64,000 nucleotides of DNA from Octopus sinensis (GCF_006345805.1 NC_043006.1:96224001-96288000); one strand, 5' to 3'; positions 11,380 to 25,520 are shown, counted from the stretch's first letter. Numbers and translations are program-made. The notes: generated by a model not told the origin, from the letters alone.

Positions 11380-11470
11380 TGTTTCTTTATTAGCCACACA
11401 GGGCTGCACACAGACAGAACAAATTACAAGGTAGAGCTTTTCTTTTGGGGGTAAAAAAAAGGTGGTTGGT
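11379..11470 (-). mobile_element. Short 3'-terminal fragment of the Tx1-like LINE
   Basis: atgtttctttattagccacacagggctgcacacagac...ttacaaggtagagcttttctttt is nearly identical to 41122-41190 and abuts (GATA)n. Confidence 0.85.
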
Positions 11471-11985
11471 TTTTGATTGATTGACTGACTGATTTGAACG
11501 CGTTCAATGCACTCTATATATCTATACAGTAGAGTTTTGGTTTTGGGATCTATTTCTAGCACGTGGTGCAACTACACAGACGCAAGTCTCATTCACTTCA
11601 GCTTATTTATTCAATTAAATACGTTCAGTAATTCTTTTCCTGCTTTCAGATGCCTTCTCGGTCAATCACCGCTAAATGAGCAACTAGCCAGACGCGACGA
11701 CACTTGCGTTCTTTCATTAAATACATCTTTCTAATTCCAAAGTTTGTGCAACATATATTATCGCCAAAGGCTTGGAATTACGTCAGTTTCTTTCTGATAA
11801 TTACCCCGAAGCAAACTAAACCAAATAAATCCAGGATTTTTGACAAACAATCGTCGCAGAAAGTTTCTATTCGTTCTTATTGCTGAAGAGACAGAATATA
11901 AGAATAGAAGAATCTAACATTTACGATTCTTTCGCAACTGTCTGCTGCCAAAGGCAACTGTTTCATTTCTGAATGACCTTTCATG

Positions 11986-12036
<51 letters not shown>

Positions 12037-12047
12037 TATATATATAT

Positions 12048-12089
<42 letters not shown>

Positions 12090-13074
12090 TATTATATATA
12101 TATATATATACATATAGATATATATATGTACATATATACATATATAAATATAGATATACATATATATATACATATATACATATATATATACATATATATA
12201 TACAAACATATATATATATATACATATATATATATACATATAATATATATATATACATATATATACATATATAATATGTATATATATAGATATTTATACA
12301 TCTATATATATATATATAATATAGATATATATATATACATACATGCACACAAACACATACACATATATATATTCTTTAAAGAGAGTAATGTTTATGGTGA
12401 CTTCGAAGTTTTCAGCTACCTACCAGATGTATTGAGTGGTCTTTCAATTAAAGGTATAATTCTTTGTGTTATGGCATAACAACTTACGTTAATATATCTG
12501 TGTGTGTGGGTGTGAGTGTGAGTGAGTGTGTTTGTGTCTGTGTGTATGTGTGTGTGTGTGTTTGTATCGGTGTAATAATTTATAGTGTCAAAATATCAAC
12601 ACGCTGTCGCAAGGTATCAAGTCATTCATAACATATTTATACCAAAAAGAATATAAAAATATATACATTTATACAAAAAAAAAACGAAAGAAGAGTGTGA
12701 AAAGTCACGTGGTTGATAAGATGGGGAAGAATTCGAGTGGTCCTTAGTATTTGGTACGACTTAGATTAGTAAGCTAAACAGCTGAGATCACTAGAGAAAA
12801 TGTCACAAGTAATTGATAGAAAATTGCAAGTAGTTCTTTACAGCTGTTTCTGGAGTAAGTGTACATTAGAAGCAGTTATGTGTTTTGTGTTTACATCAAG
12901 CGAGATAGTTGTGAACACTTGTATATGAGGTAGCACAGGTGTAAGTTGCACGACCAACCTAGCCATCATGAGAAAAGAGGTGAATTTATGCAGAGAGACC
13001 AGATTATATATAAACAGAAATGTAAGATAATAGATAGTCTAAAGGAGTAGAGGGCAGATATAATAATTATTTCA

Positions 13075-13262
13075 ATTTTTTGTCACAGGGGCAGGTGGGG
13101 ATGAGTCGCTTACATCCACCCCATTAAACAACGGTACTTATTTTATACTTATTTTATCGATTCCGAAAATATGAAAGGCAAAGTCGATTTCGGTGGAATT
13201 TGAACACAGAACGTAGCGAAAGGCGAAATGCCACTAAACATTTCGTCCAGCTCGCCACCTTA
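13075..13262 (-). mobile_element. Family-B SINE (degenerate)
   Basis: gaaaggcaaagtcgatttcggtggaatttgaac motif. Confidence 0.75.
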
Positions 13263-13684
13263 AGGGCAGATATAATAATGAAATAGGATTTATAGGGTTA
13301 GCAAAGAATAAAAGGTAAATAGATAGCGCTAGGAATAAGCAGTGGCGATATTAGAAAGTTATAGAAAAGAGAGGGAGAGAGACGATGAAGTGAATAGTTA
13401 GGGATGAGAGAGAGGGGATGAGGAGATGAGATGTGTGTGTAGCATAATCATGGTAGCAATGTAATGGACAGTCAGTCAAGGTATAAAGACAGTTCTAAAG
13501 AATGGGAGTCAGGTAGTTTTAAAAATCAAAATAATTTAAAAGAGAAATAACCGAAGATAAAGATCGACATGAGTTGAACTCAGAATGCAAAGATTTGGAC
13601 ATGGTATTCCAAAGTGTTTTTTTTCACACTCTAACGATTCGGCCAGTTCGTGTATGTATGCTTGCATGTATCCATATCTGCATG

Positions 13685-13928
13685 TATGTATGTATGTATG
13701 TATGTATGTATGTATGTATGTATGTATGTATGTATGTATGTATGTAGGTAGGTAGGTAGGTATGTAGGTAGGTAGGTATGTATTTAGGTAGGTAGGTAGG
13801 TAGGTAGGTAGGTAGGTAAGTAGGTAGGTAGATAGGTAGGTAGGTAGGTAGGTAGGTATGTAGGTATGTAAGTAAGTAGGTAGGTAGGTAGGTAGGTAGG
13901 TAGGTAGGTAGGTAGGTAGGTAGGTAGG
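13685..13928. repeat. (TATG)n/(TAGG)n compound tetranucleotide repeat
   Basis: Direct reading. Confidence 0.95.
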
Positions 13929-14859
13929 CATACATACGGTATCATTAATATAGATTGCATAATATTTGGCTGTCATTTCTAGCAGATCATATGATCACAC
14001 AGACACTTCCCACGTATGAGACTCAGATTCTGCAGAATCATAACTTATGATTTTATAAATTAAAATTTAGCCTTTGTTAGATATAGATTAGGGATTAAAC
14101 ACTCCCGCACTAATCTAGATCCGCTTAAAAGGGTTTCGAGATGACACACGCACACAAACATACACATACTCTCACACCCTACGCATACAACCACACACAC
14201 ATATTTATACAGACATATACACACATACATATGTACACACATACAGATATACAAGCATACACCCACATTCATATACTGATGCTTACATACATACACACAT
14301 TCTGTTATTATATTCCTAGTTTCCTTCATTAGAATGTGGCCATGCTGGAGCACAGCATTGAAAGTTTTACTCGATAAAACTATCCATAGTACTCATATAT
14401 GTCGGGTGCTTATTCTCTTGGATACTTTTTTCTGTGCGGTCCGGAAAGGATATACATAGACACAAAGACAAACTAGATAGATAGTTGCTGTTATGTTAAA
14501 TTATCTTAAGTCCAATTTTCGCCAAATGCGTTTTTTTCTTTTTCAATATTTTATTTTGGTCAAACTATCATATCTCCAGCTGCTTTAGATGCCAAGTGAT
14601 CAAAAATTGTCAAAGTGTAGTACAACAGTTTTGCTATAGAATGGTGAAACTATTTTTTTCATTTTCTGAAAAAGGTAATTTTTAAACTTACAACACATTT
14701 GCATAATAGCAACAATATATATATGTGTATACATACATACACACACACACATACACACATATATATATATAGGCATATATATGTATGTATATATATCTAT
14801 ACTTATATTCATATATATATATATACATATACATATACATATACTCTCTCTTTCCTCTT

Positions 14860-15087
14860 TTACTCTTTTACTTTTTCAGTCATTTGACTGCGGCCATGCT
14901 GGAGCACCGCCTTTAATCGAGCAACTCGACCCCTGGACTTATTCCTTTGTAAGCTCAGTACTTATTCTATCGGTCTCTTTTGCCGAACCGCTAAGTAACG
15001 GGGACATAAACACACCAGTATCGGTTGTCAAGCAATGCTAGGGGACAAACACAGACACACAAACACACACTCATATATATATATATT

Positions 15088-15125
<38 letters not shown>

Positions 15126-15290
15126 CAAATATACGACGGGCTTCTTTCAGTTTCCGTCTACAAAATCCACTCACAAGGATTTGGTTGGCCCGAGGCTATA
15201 GTAAAAGACACTTGCCAAGGTGCCACGCAGTGGGACTGAACCCGGAACGAAGTGGTTGGTGGACAAGCTACTTATCACACACAACCACTC
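14860..15290 (-). mobile_element. Family-A SINE
   Basis: Full reverse-complement copy. Confidence 0.9.
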
Positions 15291-15370
15291 CGCGCCATGT
15301 ACATAATATGTACTTTATATATATATATATTATATCATATATATTATGTGTGTGTATGCATATATTATAT

Positions 15371-15436
<66 letters not shown>

Positions 15437-15639
15437 TAGATAGATAGATAAGAAATTTGTTTGGTAAAGCACGTGGGTGGGTGAATATATAAGAAAATAG
15501 TAAAGAGTAAAAAAACGACAGAAGGCTTAAATGTTAAAAAATATATATATTTGCGTCAAAATGTCTGGAGAATATTGCAAAAAAATTTTTTTTTTTTTTT
15601 TTTTCCTTTCCTTAAAATGACATAATTTTATACTTTTTA

Positions 15640-15678
15640 AAGAAATACCGGTTTCGCAGTTAGCTCTTCAAATTTCTT
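15640..15678 (-). ncRNA. Minimal hammerhead-like motif in the PLE 3' pLTR (C3U)
   Basis: Minus strand: AAGAAA-u-UUGAAGA-GC(UAACU)GC-GAAAC-CG-GUA-UUUCUU; palindromic ACCGGU helix III. Confidence 0.6.
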
Positions 15679-15807
15679 GTGACTTAATGTTTATTTTTAA
15701 TAACGTAATCCTTGTATTTTTACTACGGAGAGTTCTAAATAAGGGAAAGTAGTGAGTGATTTCTTCCGGTGTAAGGGAGATAATCGCTTAAAAAATTTTT
15801 TTTTCCT

Positions 15808-18800
15808 TTAGTGTGAATTTCTCTGTATTATTGAGTTCGGATAGTTGAGTCTGGGTTTGTACTTTTCAATGAAGAATGTTTCCTTATTTAGTCTAATTTG
15901 TGATGATGATCCGAAAGCACATTGGTAAAATGGAAACATTAAAAATTTTGGTTGTAGTTGCTTTGCGCATTTCTCAATGTGCTCACTAAAAGGTATCATT
16001 CTATATTCTGGGAATGCAATCTGTTGTCGATGCAGTGTGCATCTACGTCTGAGTGATAGTCCCGTGGACCCCACGTCGTTTTGGTGGCAGCCCGAGCATT
16101 TAATGACATAAATTATGTTTTCAGAGGCACAAGTAAAGTTAGATTTGATCTTGAATCTCTGTCTCTCTTTAAAGAAGAATTCTGATCCTTCCAATAGGTT
16201 AGGACATGTTGCACAGTTCGATCTACCACATTTTTTTACTTTTGCATCCGTAATTTTAGAAGATAATTTTGCCTTTGTGAGAATCTTTTTAAGTGATTTA
16301 GGCTGTTTGTAGCTTTTAATGATTTGGTGTATGTTTAGAATTTCCTTTAATTTGGGGTTTTTATGGAGTATTGGTAAATTCTGGGTGATGATGGTGAAAG
16401 CTTCTTTGTTTCTGGGGTTGTATGTAGATATGTAAGGTAGTATTTTCGGGGAAGGTGTGTTGTTGTGTTGAACTTTTCTTAAAGTTTCTATGTTGATTTC
16501 TGTTGCACGTCTGATCCCATCCTCTGAGTTGAGTTGGGTAATGTCTGTCAATTAAGGTGTTTTTGAGTTCTTGCAGTCTGAAGTTCCTGGTATTTTGTTC
16601 TGACACTATTGTGCATATCCTTCTTGCAAGGTTGAAGGGGATGTTTGTTTTAGTGTGTCTTGGGTGGCATGAACTAAAAAGAAGGTATTGTTTGGCGTCT
16701 GTGGCTTTGTAGAAAATGTCTGTTTCTATTTTAAGGTTAATTTTTTTAATTAGTATATCCAAGAACGGGAGTTCCTTTTGGTTGTATTCCATTGTGAACT
16801 GTATATTGGGTTTATGCTGTTCAATAGGTTTTTAAATTTTAAGAGTTTATCTGTGTTTTCATTCCAGAGAATAAAACAATCGTCCAAGAATCGTTTCCAG
16901 TTCTCTTTTATGTATTGAGAGAGGGGGTTTCCAAAGATTGATAAGGATTCCTGGTAAATGGTTATTTCCATGTATCCCATTGTTAAGTTCGCATGACTGG
17001 TGCTGCCCTTGTACCCATAGCAATTCCGGATTTTTGACGGTAAAATGTATTGTCAAACATGAAGTGGTTATTGTGTAGGATGAATTCAATTGATTTAGTA
17101 ATGAATTCTTTACTGATCCTTTTTGGTATTTCTTCCGGAAATTGGTCTAACCAGAACTGAATTGCTTCCAGTCCATAATTATGAGGTATACTGGTATACA
17201 AGTTGACTACATCAAATGAAACTAGGATTGTTTCTTCCTTGGCTTTTTTTGGGAGGTGTTTTAACATATCTAAGTCATCTCTGATATGGCTATCGATATG
17301 TTTAAGGAAGGGTTTCAGGAGGATGTCCATAAGCAGACTTAATCTGTGTGTTTCACAGGTTGGGCCAGCTACAATGGGTCGTAGTTTTAGGTCCCCCGGG
17401 TTGGGTGTGTGTATGTATGTCTTTGGTGATTTTTTAATGGTTTCATTTATAATTTGACTTTTATGAATTTTTGGCAGACCATAGAAAAGGCTAGGTTTGC
17501 ATTTGAAGTTTGTTAGGAAATCAATCTCTTTGGTTGTTAGTTCCTTTTCATGGGTTTTAATTAGTGAAGATAGAGTTTTCATTATTTTTTGTGGGGTGTA
17601 GTTGGTAATTTTTTCATAATGTAGGTCGTCATCAAGCAAGGAAATTACAAGATTTCTGTAGTATGATGTATCCATTATTACAACTGCATTTCCCTTGTCT
17701 GCTTCCTTAATGGTTATATCCTCATCATTTTGAAGTTCTATCAGTTTTCCATTGTGTAGTGTTAAAATTTGGGTTAGCTTTCTGTTTATGTATAGTATGG
17801 TAGGGGAAGTTCTCAATGTGGTTACAGAATTCGTCAAGATCTTTATTTCTTCCTCTTTGTGGGATGTGTTCACTTTTGTTCTTGACTAGTGATTCATCTT
17901 CAGTATTGAAACTGGTTGATGCTTCTGCTAGTCTTAATTTTCTGCAAAATTCTGTTATATTATCCTTGAGTTCATTTAGGTTTGCTCTGCGTGGAGTGGT
18001 GTAAATTTGAGCCCTTTTGCGAGGATGTCAATTTTTATGTTAGAAAGAGGTTTGGTTGAAAGATTGATTATCTTCGGTTTTTCCTTATTACTAGGTTCCA
18101 GCCTGTGTCCTGGTGTCCCTGGTCCCTGGCTAAAAAATGTGGGTTGTAATTTGTTTGTATGAGTTGTCTGTGAGGTTGTGTGGTATTTGGTCGGGGGAGT
18201 GGTGGTATTGTTGCCTCCGATCGTTGTTGTGTGTGTGGGAATCTATGGTTGTTATTGCTTGTGGTGTGTGTAAAATTTCTGTATGGGAAATAGTTTTGTT
18301 TCGAACTGCTTGTATGTGGGATGTTGCTTGACATAGTGTTTCTTTGCGTTTGTCTTGTGTTTAGTGGGGACCAGTAATTTTGGTTCAGGGGTAGTAGCGA
18401 TTTGTGTGTGGTGTATTTCTTATTCTAGTGTCGTATTGTGCTGTATGGTGGTTGGGTCTGGTATTAGGATGTTGTTGGTTTGTTCTGTTTTTGGTGTAAT
18501 TCTTTCATAGACGCGTCTCTGTCAGCTAGTTCCCTGTTAGGTCTAGCGTGGTTGTAAAGGTTGGTTGTGGGTGATTTCTGTTTTTAGTGTATGGAGGATA
18601 GTTGGGGGTTGTTCGTGGGTTGTTAGGTTTTTCTTTTTTATTTATTGTAATTTTCTTAAGGAAGGGATTATTTGTACCCAATTCATTTTTGAAAGTTTCA
18701 CTATATTTTTGGAAGAAGTCCATGTTTTTCTCCCAGCGTAGGAGAGAATTTCTCTCTTCTCTCTCACAGGAATCCTTCCAATGATCCAATGTATTATCGA

Positions 18801-19050
18801 GGGGTTGTCCCTCGGTGTGTTTCCGTATTATATTGTGCATTTCCTCGTCTATGCTTTTAAGTTTTTCTTCATTTGTGGAGGCCCTGAGTCTTAGAAGCTC
18901 TATTTCTGATGTAAAATTGAACAGAGCTGACTTTTCTCTAATAGATTTCTGTCCGTCAGGCTCTTTAGGGATTAATTTTATCTGGAATTTGCGTGGGAGG
19001 ATAATTGGTGTTAATTTGCGTGGGAGGATAATAGGAGGGCTGACAGCCCT
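15808..19050 (-). pseudogene. Frameshifted Penelope RT-GIY-YIG polyprotein
   Basis: Motifs KEADKGNAVVIMD, YGLPKIHK, LRPIVAG, SFDVVNLYTSIP, QKSGIAMGT, WKRFLDDCF, LPFLD, SCHPRHTK, and C..NCATC...NIIYVIKCSGC...VGST in successive ORFs (16983-17873, 16750-16980, 16361-16792, 15808-16551). Confidence 0.92.
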
Positions 19051-19384
19051 TCTGGTGACGTTGATGATCGCCTGGGGCTAAATGCATCAGTAACACCCCC
19101 ACCACCCTGCCCTGTCCCTAGCCACATTCAGATGGCTGATGCCCCTTATGTTATATATATATATATATAGTTAATCCAAACAAGAAAACACAAAGAAACA
19201 AAATAACACATCAACACGAGGACGTGGAACAAATAAAGTATTATTGGACGCTCAGGAAAGAAAGGAAAAAGGAGGGTTATATATATATATATATAAATAC
19301 AATAAGAGGCTTCCAAATAGGAAAACGTTGTGCTGGGACACAAAAAAGGATAAATTCACGAAAGGAATGAGAATTAAAAACGTT

Positions 19385-19454
19385 TCCCAGATCGACGGTT
19401 TCTAACTATTTCCAGCAAAAAAGGATTTGCCGAAGGTCAGTTTCTTCAGTGGAA
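19385..19454 (-). ncRNA. Hammerhead-like motif, second copy (AUC triplet, helix III mismatch)
   Basis: Minus strand: UUCCA-CUGAAGA-AACU...AGUU-A-GAAAC-CGUCG-AUC-UGGGA. Confidence 0.55.
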
Positions 19455-19815
19455 CAGCCTTTAGAATCCAGACATACATTTAATTTTCATTCCTTTCGTG
19501 AATTTATCCTTTTTTGTCTTCTAGCACAACGCTTTCCTATTTGGAAGCCTCTTATTGTATTTCTATATGAATAATATACAGTCTAATCACTAATTCGTGT
19601 TTTGTGCTAGGCCACTGGTAATAAATAATTTATTTTCTTACCCTATTTTATTACGTTTAAATATTGTTTGATAAATTTGTTCGAAATTTTTACCGGCATC
19701 CTCTCTGTCGCCGTAATTAAATTGCATCTGTGCAGTGGTTTGAAAAGTTAGGATTTACAAACCGTTAGGTCTACATGTGGATCCAGCGGCCTGTATGTCT
19801 GGATTCTAAAGGCTG

Positions 19816-19886
19816 TCCCACTGAAGAAACTGGCCTTCAGCAAAAATACTTTTTGCTGGAAATAGTTAGAAACCGTCGGTCTGGGA
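19816..19886 (+). ncRNA. Type-I hammerhead ribozyme motif with extended helix II
   Basis: UCCCA-CUGAAGA-AACU[ggcc UUCAGCAAAAA uac UUUUUGCUGGAA au]AGUU-A-GAAAC-C(GUC)G-GUC-UGGGA; predicted cleavage after C19881. Confidence 0.75.
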
Positions 19887-20290
19887 AATAGTTGAGATGG
19901 TAAACGTTTTTAATTTTCATTCTTTTCATGAATTTATCCTTTTTTGTGTTCTAGCACAACGTGTTTCTATTTGGAAGCCTCTTATTGTATTTCTATATGA
20001 ATAATATATAGTCTAATGACTAATTCGTCTTTTGTGTAGGCCACTGGTAATAATAAGTTATTATTACCCTATTTTATTATGTTTCTATATATATATATAT
20101 ATAAAGGAATACAAAAAATGGGACAAGAACGCAAAACATCCAGACAGTTAGATGATACAAAAAAAGGATAAGTAAAATCAAGGATGGGATATTCGGAGTT
20201 TTTTTTTCCTCAGTCGAGTTCCATATTCTCTTTGCAATTTCAGCTAGTTATACTCGAAATTGGTCTATATATTTGGTGGGTGTGTATGTA

Positions 20291-20339
<49 letters not shown>

Positions 20340-20383
20340 GTGTGTGTGTGTGTGTATGCATGTATGTATATATATATATATAT

Positions 20384-20423
<40 letters not shown>

Positions 20424-20434
20424 GTATTTCTTTT

Positions 20435-20745
20435 ACTTGTTTCAGTCATTTGACTGCGGCCATGCCGGAGCACCACCTTTAGTCGAGCAAATCGACTCTA
20501 GGACTTATTCTTTGCCGAATCGCTAATTTATGGGGACGTAAACTCACCAGCTTTGGTTACTAAGCAATCTTGAGGTGCAAACAGACACACAAATACATAC
20601 ACACATACACATATATATACGACGGGCTTCTTTCAGTTTGCTTCTACCAAATTCACTCACAAGTCTTTGGTCGGCCTGAGGCTAAAGTAGAGGACACTTG
20701 CCCAAGGTGCCACTGAACCATGTAGTTGGTAAACAAGCTACTTAT
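20435..20745 (-). mobile_element. Family-A SINE
   Basis: Reverse-complement copy. Confidence 0.85.
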
Positions 20746-21046
20746 TCCGTAGGAACTGTTGTCGCTACCATTGGTGGTGAATAATTGTCCGCTGCCTAGC
20801 AGAAGGATTTCCAAACCATATGCTTTGTTGGTCCAGTCACTGGAAGATGGTAGGGATTCGATCCCTTGCTTGCAATGTATATCGGGTGCAGATTGCATCA
20901 AATATTAAACAGCTGGAGGACGCCTTTTCCTGGGGCTAAAATGGTTGCAACAGCATTTTCTGAGAAGTTGTCAAAAGGCGATAAGTATTACTCCTCCATA
21001 TAGTGACTATTGTCGGCTCTCTCATAGACATTTTATAAGTAGCTAT

Positions 21047-21096
<50 letters not shown>

Positions 21097-22173
21097 GTAT
21101 ACAAGTATACGTATACACATATAAGTATATTGTATATAGATATATGCTTCCGGACAATTTATATGTATATATATATATCATATATATATGTAAATTATAA
21201 TATATATTATATATAATATATAGATATATATATATATATATATATATATATGGTGGGCTTCCATACAGTCTCCGACTACTAAATTCGTCACAAAGGATTT
21301 GGCCGTCCTTGTATAAAAGCATTGCAGTGTAACGTCCCATTAAATCAGCTCATAACGACAGGTTATTTAACTTTGGCACTCGGCCACTATGACCTTCCGA
21401 TGTTGTTGACCTGTCTGTATGGCATTTATAAAGAATATTTGGTGAAAGAATTCCCTTTAGCACAACGGAAGTACCAACATTCCCAATATGGTTTGCTGGT
21501 TTCAAAAGACTGGAGATATGAATTATGGAAGCAACGAATGATCACAGACATTCAAAGAAAATCGATTTCTGACTGGCAAAGAATGTATGTACACATAATG
21601 GGTGTACGGGTGTTTGTATTTTAATTAAAATGTTGCTGCATACAGCGAAGGTCGCAAATGCATACAAGCGCACACATATACGCACATACAGCTCAGCAAA
21701 TATATGTACTGAAGATCATGCATACATGGGTGTGTATGTATATGTGTGTGTGTGTGTACGTATATGTGCATATATGTATATATGTATATATGTATATGTA
21801 TATGTATATATATACTTATATATATATCGATATACTTATATCCATGTGTCTATGTATATATATGTATAGACATATATATATTTATATGTATGCTTATATG
21901 TGTGTGAGTGTGTGTGCGTATGTTTGTACGTGTATATATATATGTATGTGTGTGTGTATACATATACACATATATATTTATAGATATGTGTGTGTGTATG
22001 TATAATAATATACATATATATACATAACTTGGTATGTATGTTTATATATGTATATGTATATTATATGTATATCTTATATATATATATATATATATCTATA
22101 AATTGTGTGTGTTGTGTGTTAACACACATATATATATATATATTTAGATACACAAAACGCATGTATATACATA

Positions 22174-22279
<106 letters not shown>

Positions 22280-22671
22280 GATACCTGACTCGCCAATGAA
22301 TATACATAGATACCTGAATCGCCAATGAATATGGATGTCTCTGTGTGTGTGTGTTTGTGTGTGTGTGTCTGTGTGTGTGGCGTGTGTGTGTGTTTAGGTG
22401 CGCGCGCTTCCATGACTATACAAACATAAATGCATAAACGTATGTATATGTATATTGCTGCGTTTGCTCTCGAATGCCAGTGAATATTTAAATGCTGGAT
22501 TTTTAAGTGGATATTTACAAACGAAAAGAAAATAAGAAAATAAGGGCGTTCAAAGATTTAATACTGAGATTATGCATGTTTGCACACACACACACGCACA
22601 CATGTGAAATACACACATACACACATACGCACACATTATAACACACATACACACATACATATACATTATAC

Positions 22672-22729
<58 letters not shown>

Positions 22730-22997
22730 ATGTATGTCTGTATAGCATATGTGCATGTATATATATTGTTATGTATATATGCATGTCTATATGTGTGTTC
22801 GATTATGCCAGTAGACAGTAATTTCAAAATGATCGATTATTATCTTGTTTATTGGAGAGGAGAAAGAGAAAGCGGTATGAAGTGAAAAAAAGTCAAAGAA
22901 TAATATTGATGATCATTTTATACATATATATATATACATACATATATATATATATACACACTCATATATATATACATATATACATACATTCATATAT

Positions 22998-23031
<34 letters not shown>

Positions 23032-23828
23032 ATATATACACTCACGAACATTCACTCACATGTATGTATGTGCGCGGATGTCTATATAGGTTGAGGAAGG
23101 GTCGGCAAATGCATAGACAGGACCATGAAAGCCGCACATAAATAAAAATTTATGAATGTATGAATGAAATTGAGGTGCTGGAGCGAAATATGAGATGAAC
23201 GTGGTGGGGTGAGGGTGGGAATATATTAAAGTATACACAAAAAAATCCTGTGGTAACTGACAAAGAGAGAGAGGGGGGAGAGGGAGAGGAAGAGTGAAAT
23301 GCATTAGAGAAAGAAGGTGAAAGCATTGATGAAAAGCATGAAAGAAAAAATGATATGACACCACGAATATATGTGTTCTTTAAGCTTTTAATCCTTGGAA
23401 TAGAATTGGTAAGCGTAGTCTAACCTTTCCCTCCTAATCTGTTGAGAATTATCAGCTTCAATTTTTAATTATTTATTTTAAAAATGCTAATTTTTCGCAG
23501 CTATTTGTGCATAATGCTATACATGCATCTACTTAGTGATGCTTTCGTCAATTCTTCGAAAACAGCAGTGAAATACAGTTTTTGCTGAGGATACCTAAGG
23601 GGCAGAAATAAGTCAGCATTTATCTCCCTTCCTTGCAAATACCATTACCAATAATATCAGTATGTGTGCTAATGTTGTATTTCCCTCATCGCACCGTGGA
23701 AATATCTGCAACTGGGTTTTTATGTTCACTCAATTAAGTTCATTCCTTCAAATAATTGCTTACCGTTAAATACCTGCGTTAATTGCCACAGTTAATTATC
23801 TTATTTTACATTATTCATACATTAGCCG

Positions 23829-23955
23829 CAGGAGAGGTTGTATGCTAAGTAGCATGCTTACCAACCACTTGGTTCCGGGTTCAGTTCCACTGCGTGGCAC
23901 CTTGGGTAAATATATTCTACTGTCGCCTCGGGCCGACCAAAGCCTACTGAGTGGA
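23829..23955 (+). mobile_element. Family-A SINE 5' portion
   Basis: ggttccgggttcagttccactgcgtggcaccttggg head. Confidence 0.8.
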
Positions 23956-24645
23956 TGACTCTTACTCTATGTTTTAGTCCCCCTCTTACTTTTTTCCTTG
24001 TTTCTTTTTCTGGCTCCTCACATTTCTTGGCCCTCACTTTCTTTAACTCCCACTATTTCCCAATCGTTTATTTCTCCTGTCTTTCCGTTTGTCTCTGATT
24101 TTTTTCTAATCCTTCAATCCTTCAATCCCGCTTCCCCCTACCCACATCTCCTCCTTCAACATGACCAGTTGCGATGAGGAAAATACAACATTAGCACACA
24201 TACATGATCTTTCTTTCTTGGTCTGACTGCCGACCGCCAACACTTCTTATGTCCATCCACTATGTTCCTGTCTTCAGGCTTTCACTTCATACACGCCAGC
24301 TCAATTTCATTTCTTCTCAGTCGAAAGACGCCTGTTATTATTTTCTTGTTGTTTGTATTCGTAATTGTGCACCATGTTTTCCGGTTTTTTTTTGTCTTTT
24401 TGTGTACCATGTTCTCTGTTATTTGTCTTTGTTGCCGTACATATTCGCTAGCTTTCTTACACAGGAGTCTCATGCTCTTAGCTTAGGCTTTGGGAGGGGA
24501 GAAACCAGATCGAAACGTCTCAAATGTAACTGCCCGAAATGGTCGTGACTTTTGATACTTCACTTCTAATTGTTGTTTCTCTTGTCAGCTTTTGTATCGT
24601 CTATCTGTCCGAATGTTTTATTGTCCACTATTGCGTTTGTGCTCC

Positions 24646-24686
<41 letters not shown>

Positions 24687-24699
24687 TGTGTGTGTTTGT

Positions 24700-24882
24700 C
24701 CACATAGCATTGCTTGACAACCGATGCTGGTGTGTTTACGTCCCCGTCACTTAGCGGTTCGGCAAAAGAGACCGATAGAATAAGTACTGGGCTTACAAAA
24801 AGAATAAGTCCCGGGGTCAAGTTGCTCGATTAAAGGCGGTGCTCCAGCATGGCCGCAGTCAAATGACTGAAACAAGTAAACG

Positions 24883-24928
<46 letters not shown>

Positions 24929-25115
24929 CACACACACATACACACGTGTGTGTGTCCCAACCGAAGCTAGTGCTGTTATGTCCCCGTAATTAGCGGTTCA
25001 GCAAAAGAGAACCGATAGAATAAGTACTAAGCTTACAAAAAATAAGTTCCTGGGGTCGTGGTGTTCTAGCCTGCCCGCAGTCAAGTGACTGAAAAAGTAA
25101 AAGAATAAAAGAATT
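24700..25115 (+). mobile_element. Two tandem family-A SINE 3' halves
   Basis: ccccgtcacttagcggttcggcaaaagagaccgatagaataagtact appears twice (about 24740 and 24980). Confidence 0.85.
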
Positions 25116-25343
25116 AGACTACGGTCATGCTGCAGCAACAACGCCTTGAATGGTTTGGCCGAACAAATCGACCGAATATTTACTTTTTTTAATTTTGGTA
25201 CTTATTCTATCGATATTTGTTGTCGAACTGCTACGTTACATAGGGTGTAAAAAAACTAACACCGGTTGTCAAGCGCTGGTTGATGACAAACACAAACACA
25301 AAGACGAACATACTTTCGCATATATGTATATATACTCATCTAC

Positions 25344-25443
<100 letters not shown>

Positions 25444-25520
25444 TATATATATATATATAATATATATATATATACATATATATTATATATATATATATTA
25501 TACATATATATATTATATAT

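Larger units (their letters stand above)
15590..19055 (-). mobile_element. Penelope-like retroelement (degenerate)
   Basis: Contains RT and GIY-YIG remnants and a 3' pLTR (about 15590-15807) with a hammerhead-like motif. Confidence 0.9.
19297..20075. mobile_element. Inverted plus tandem pLTR cluster of a second Penelope-like family
   Basis: Unit reversed at about 19297-19470, partial forward at about 19468-19655, full forward at about 19795-20075. Sequence differs from the 15590-15807 pLTR. Confidence 0.75.

Noticed and set aside
11576-11588. 13-nt match to the Tx1 5' end (47046-47058)
   Set aside because: Matches of this length are expected by chance in an all-versus-all comparison of 64 kb, and the flanks do not align.
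12825-12900. Minus-strand GAAAC-AGCU-GUA palindromic helix III
   Set aside because: No recognisable CUGANGA core remains; at most a remnant.
23585-23618. CUGAGGA...GAAAU..GUC hammerhead-like string
   Set aside because: No helix I complementarity and a mismatched helix II.
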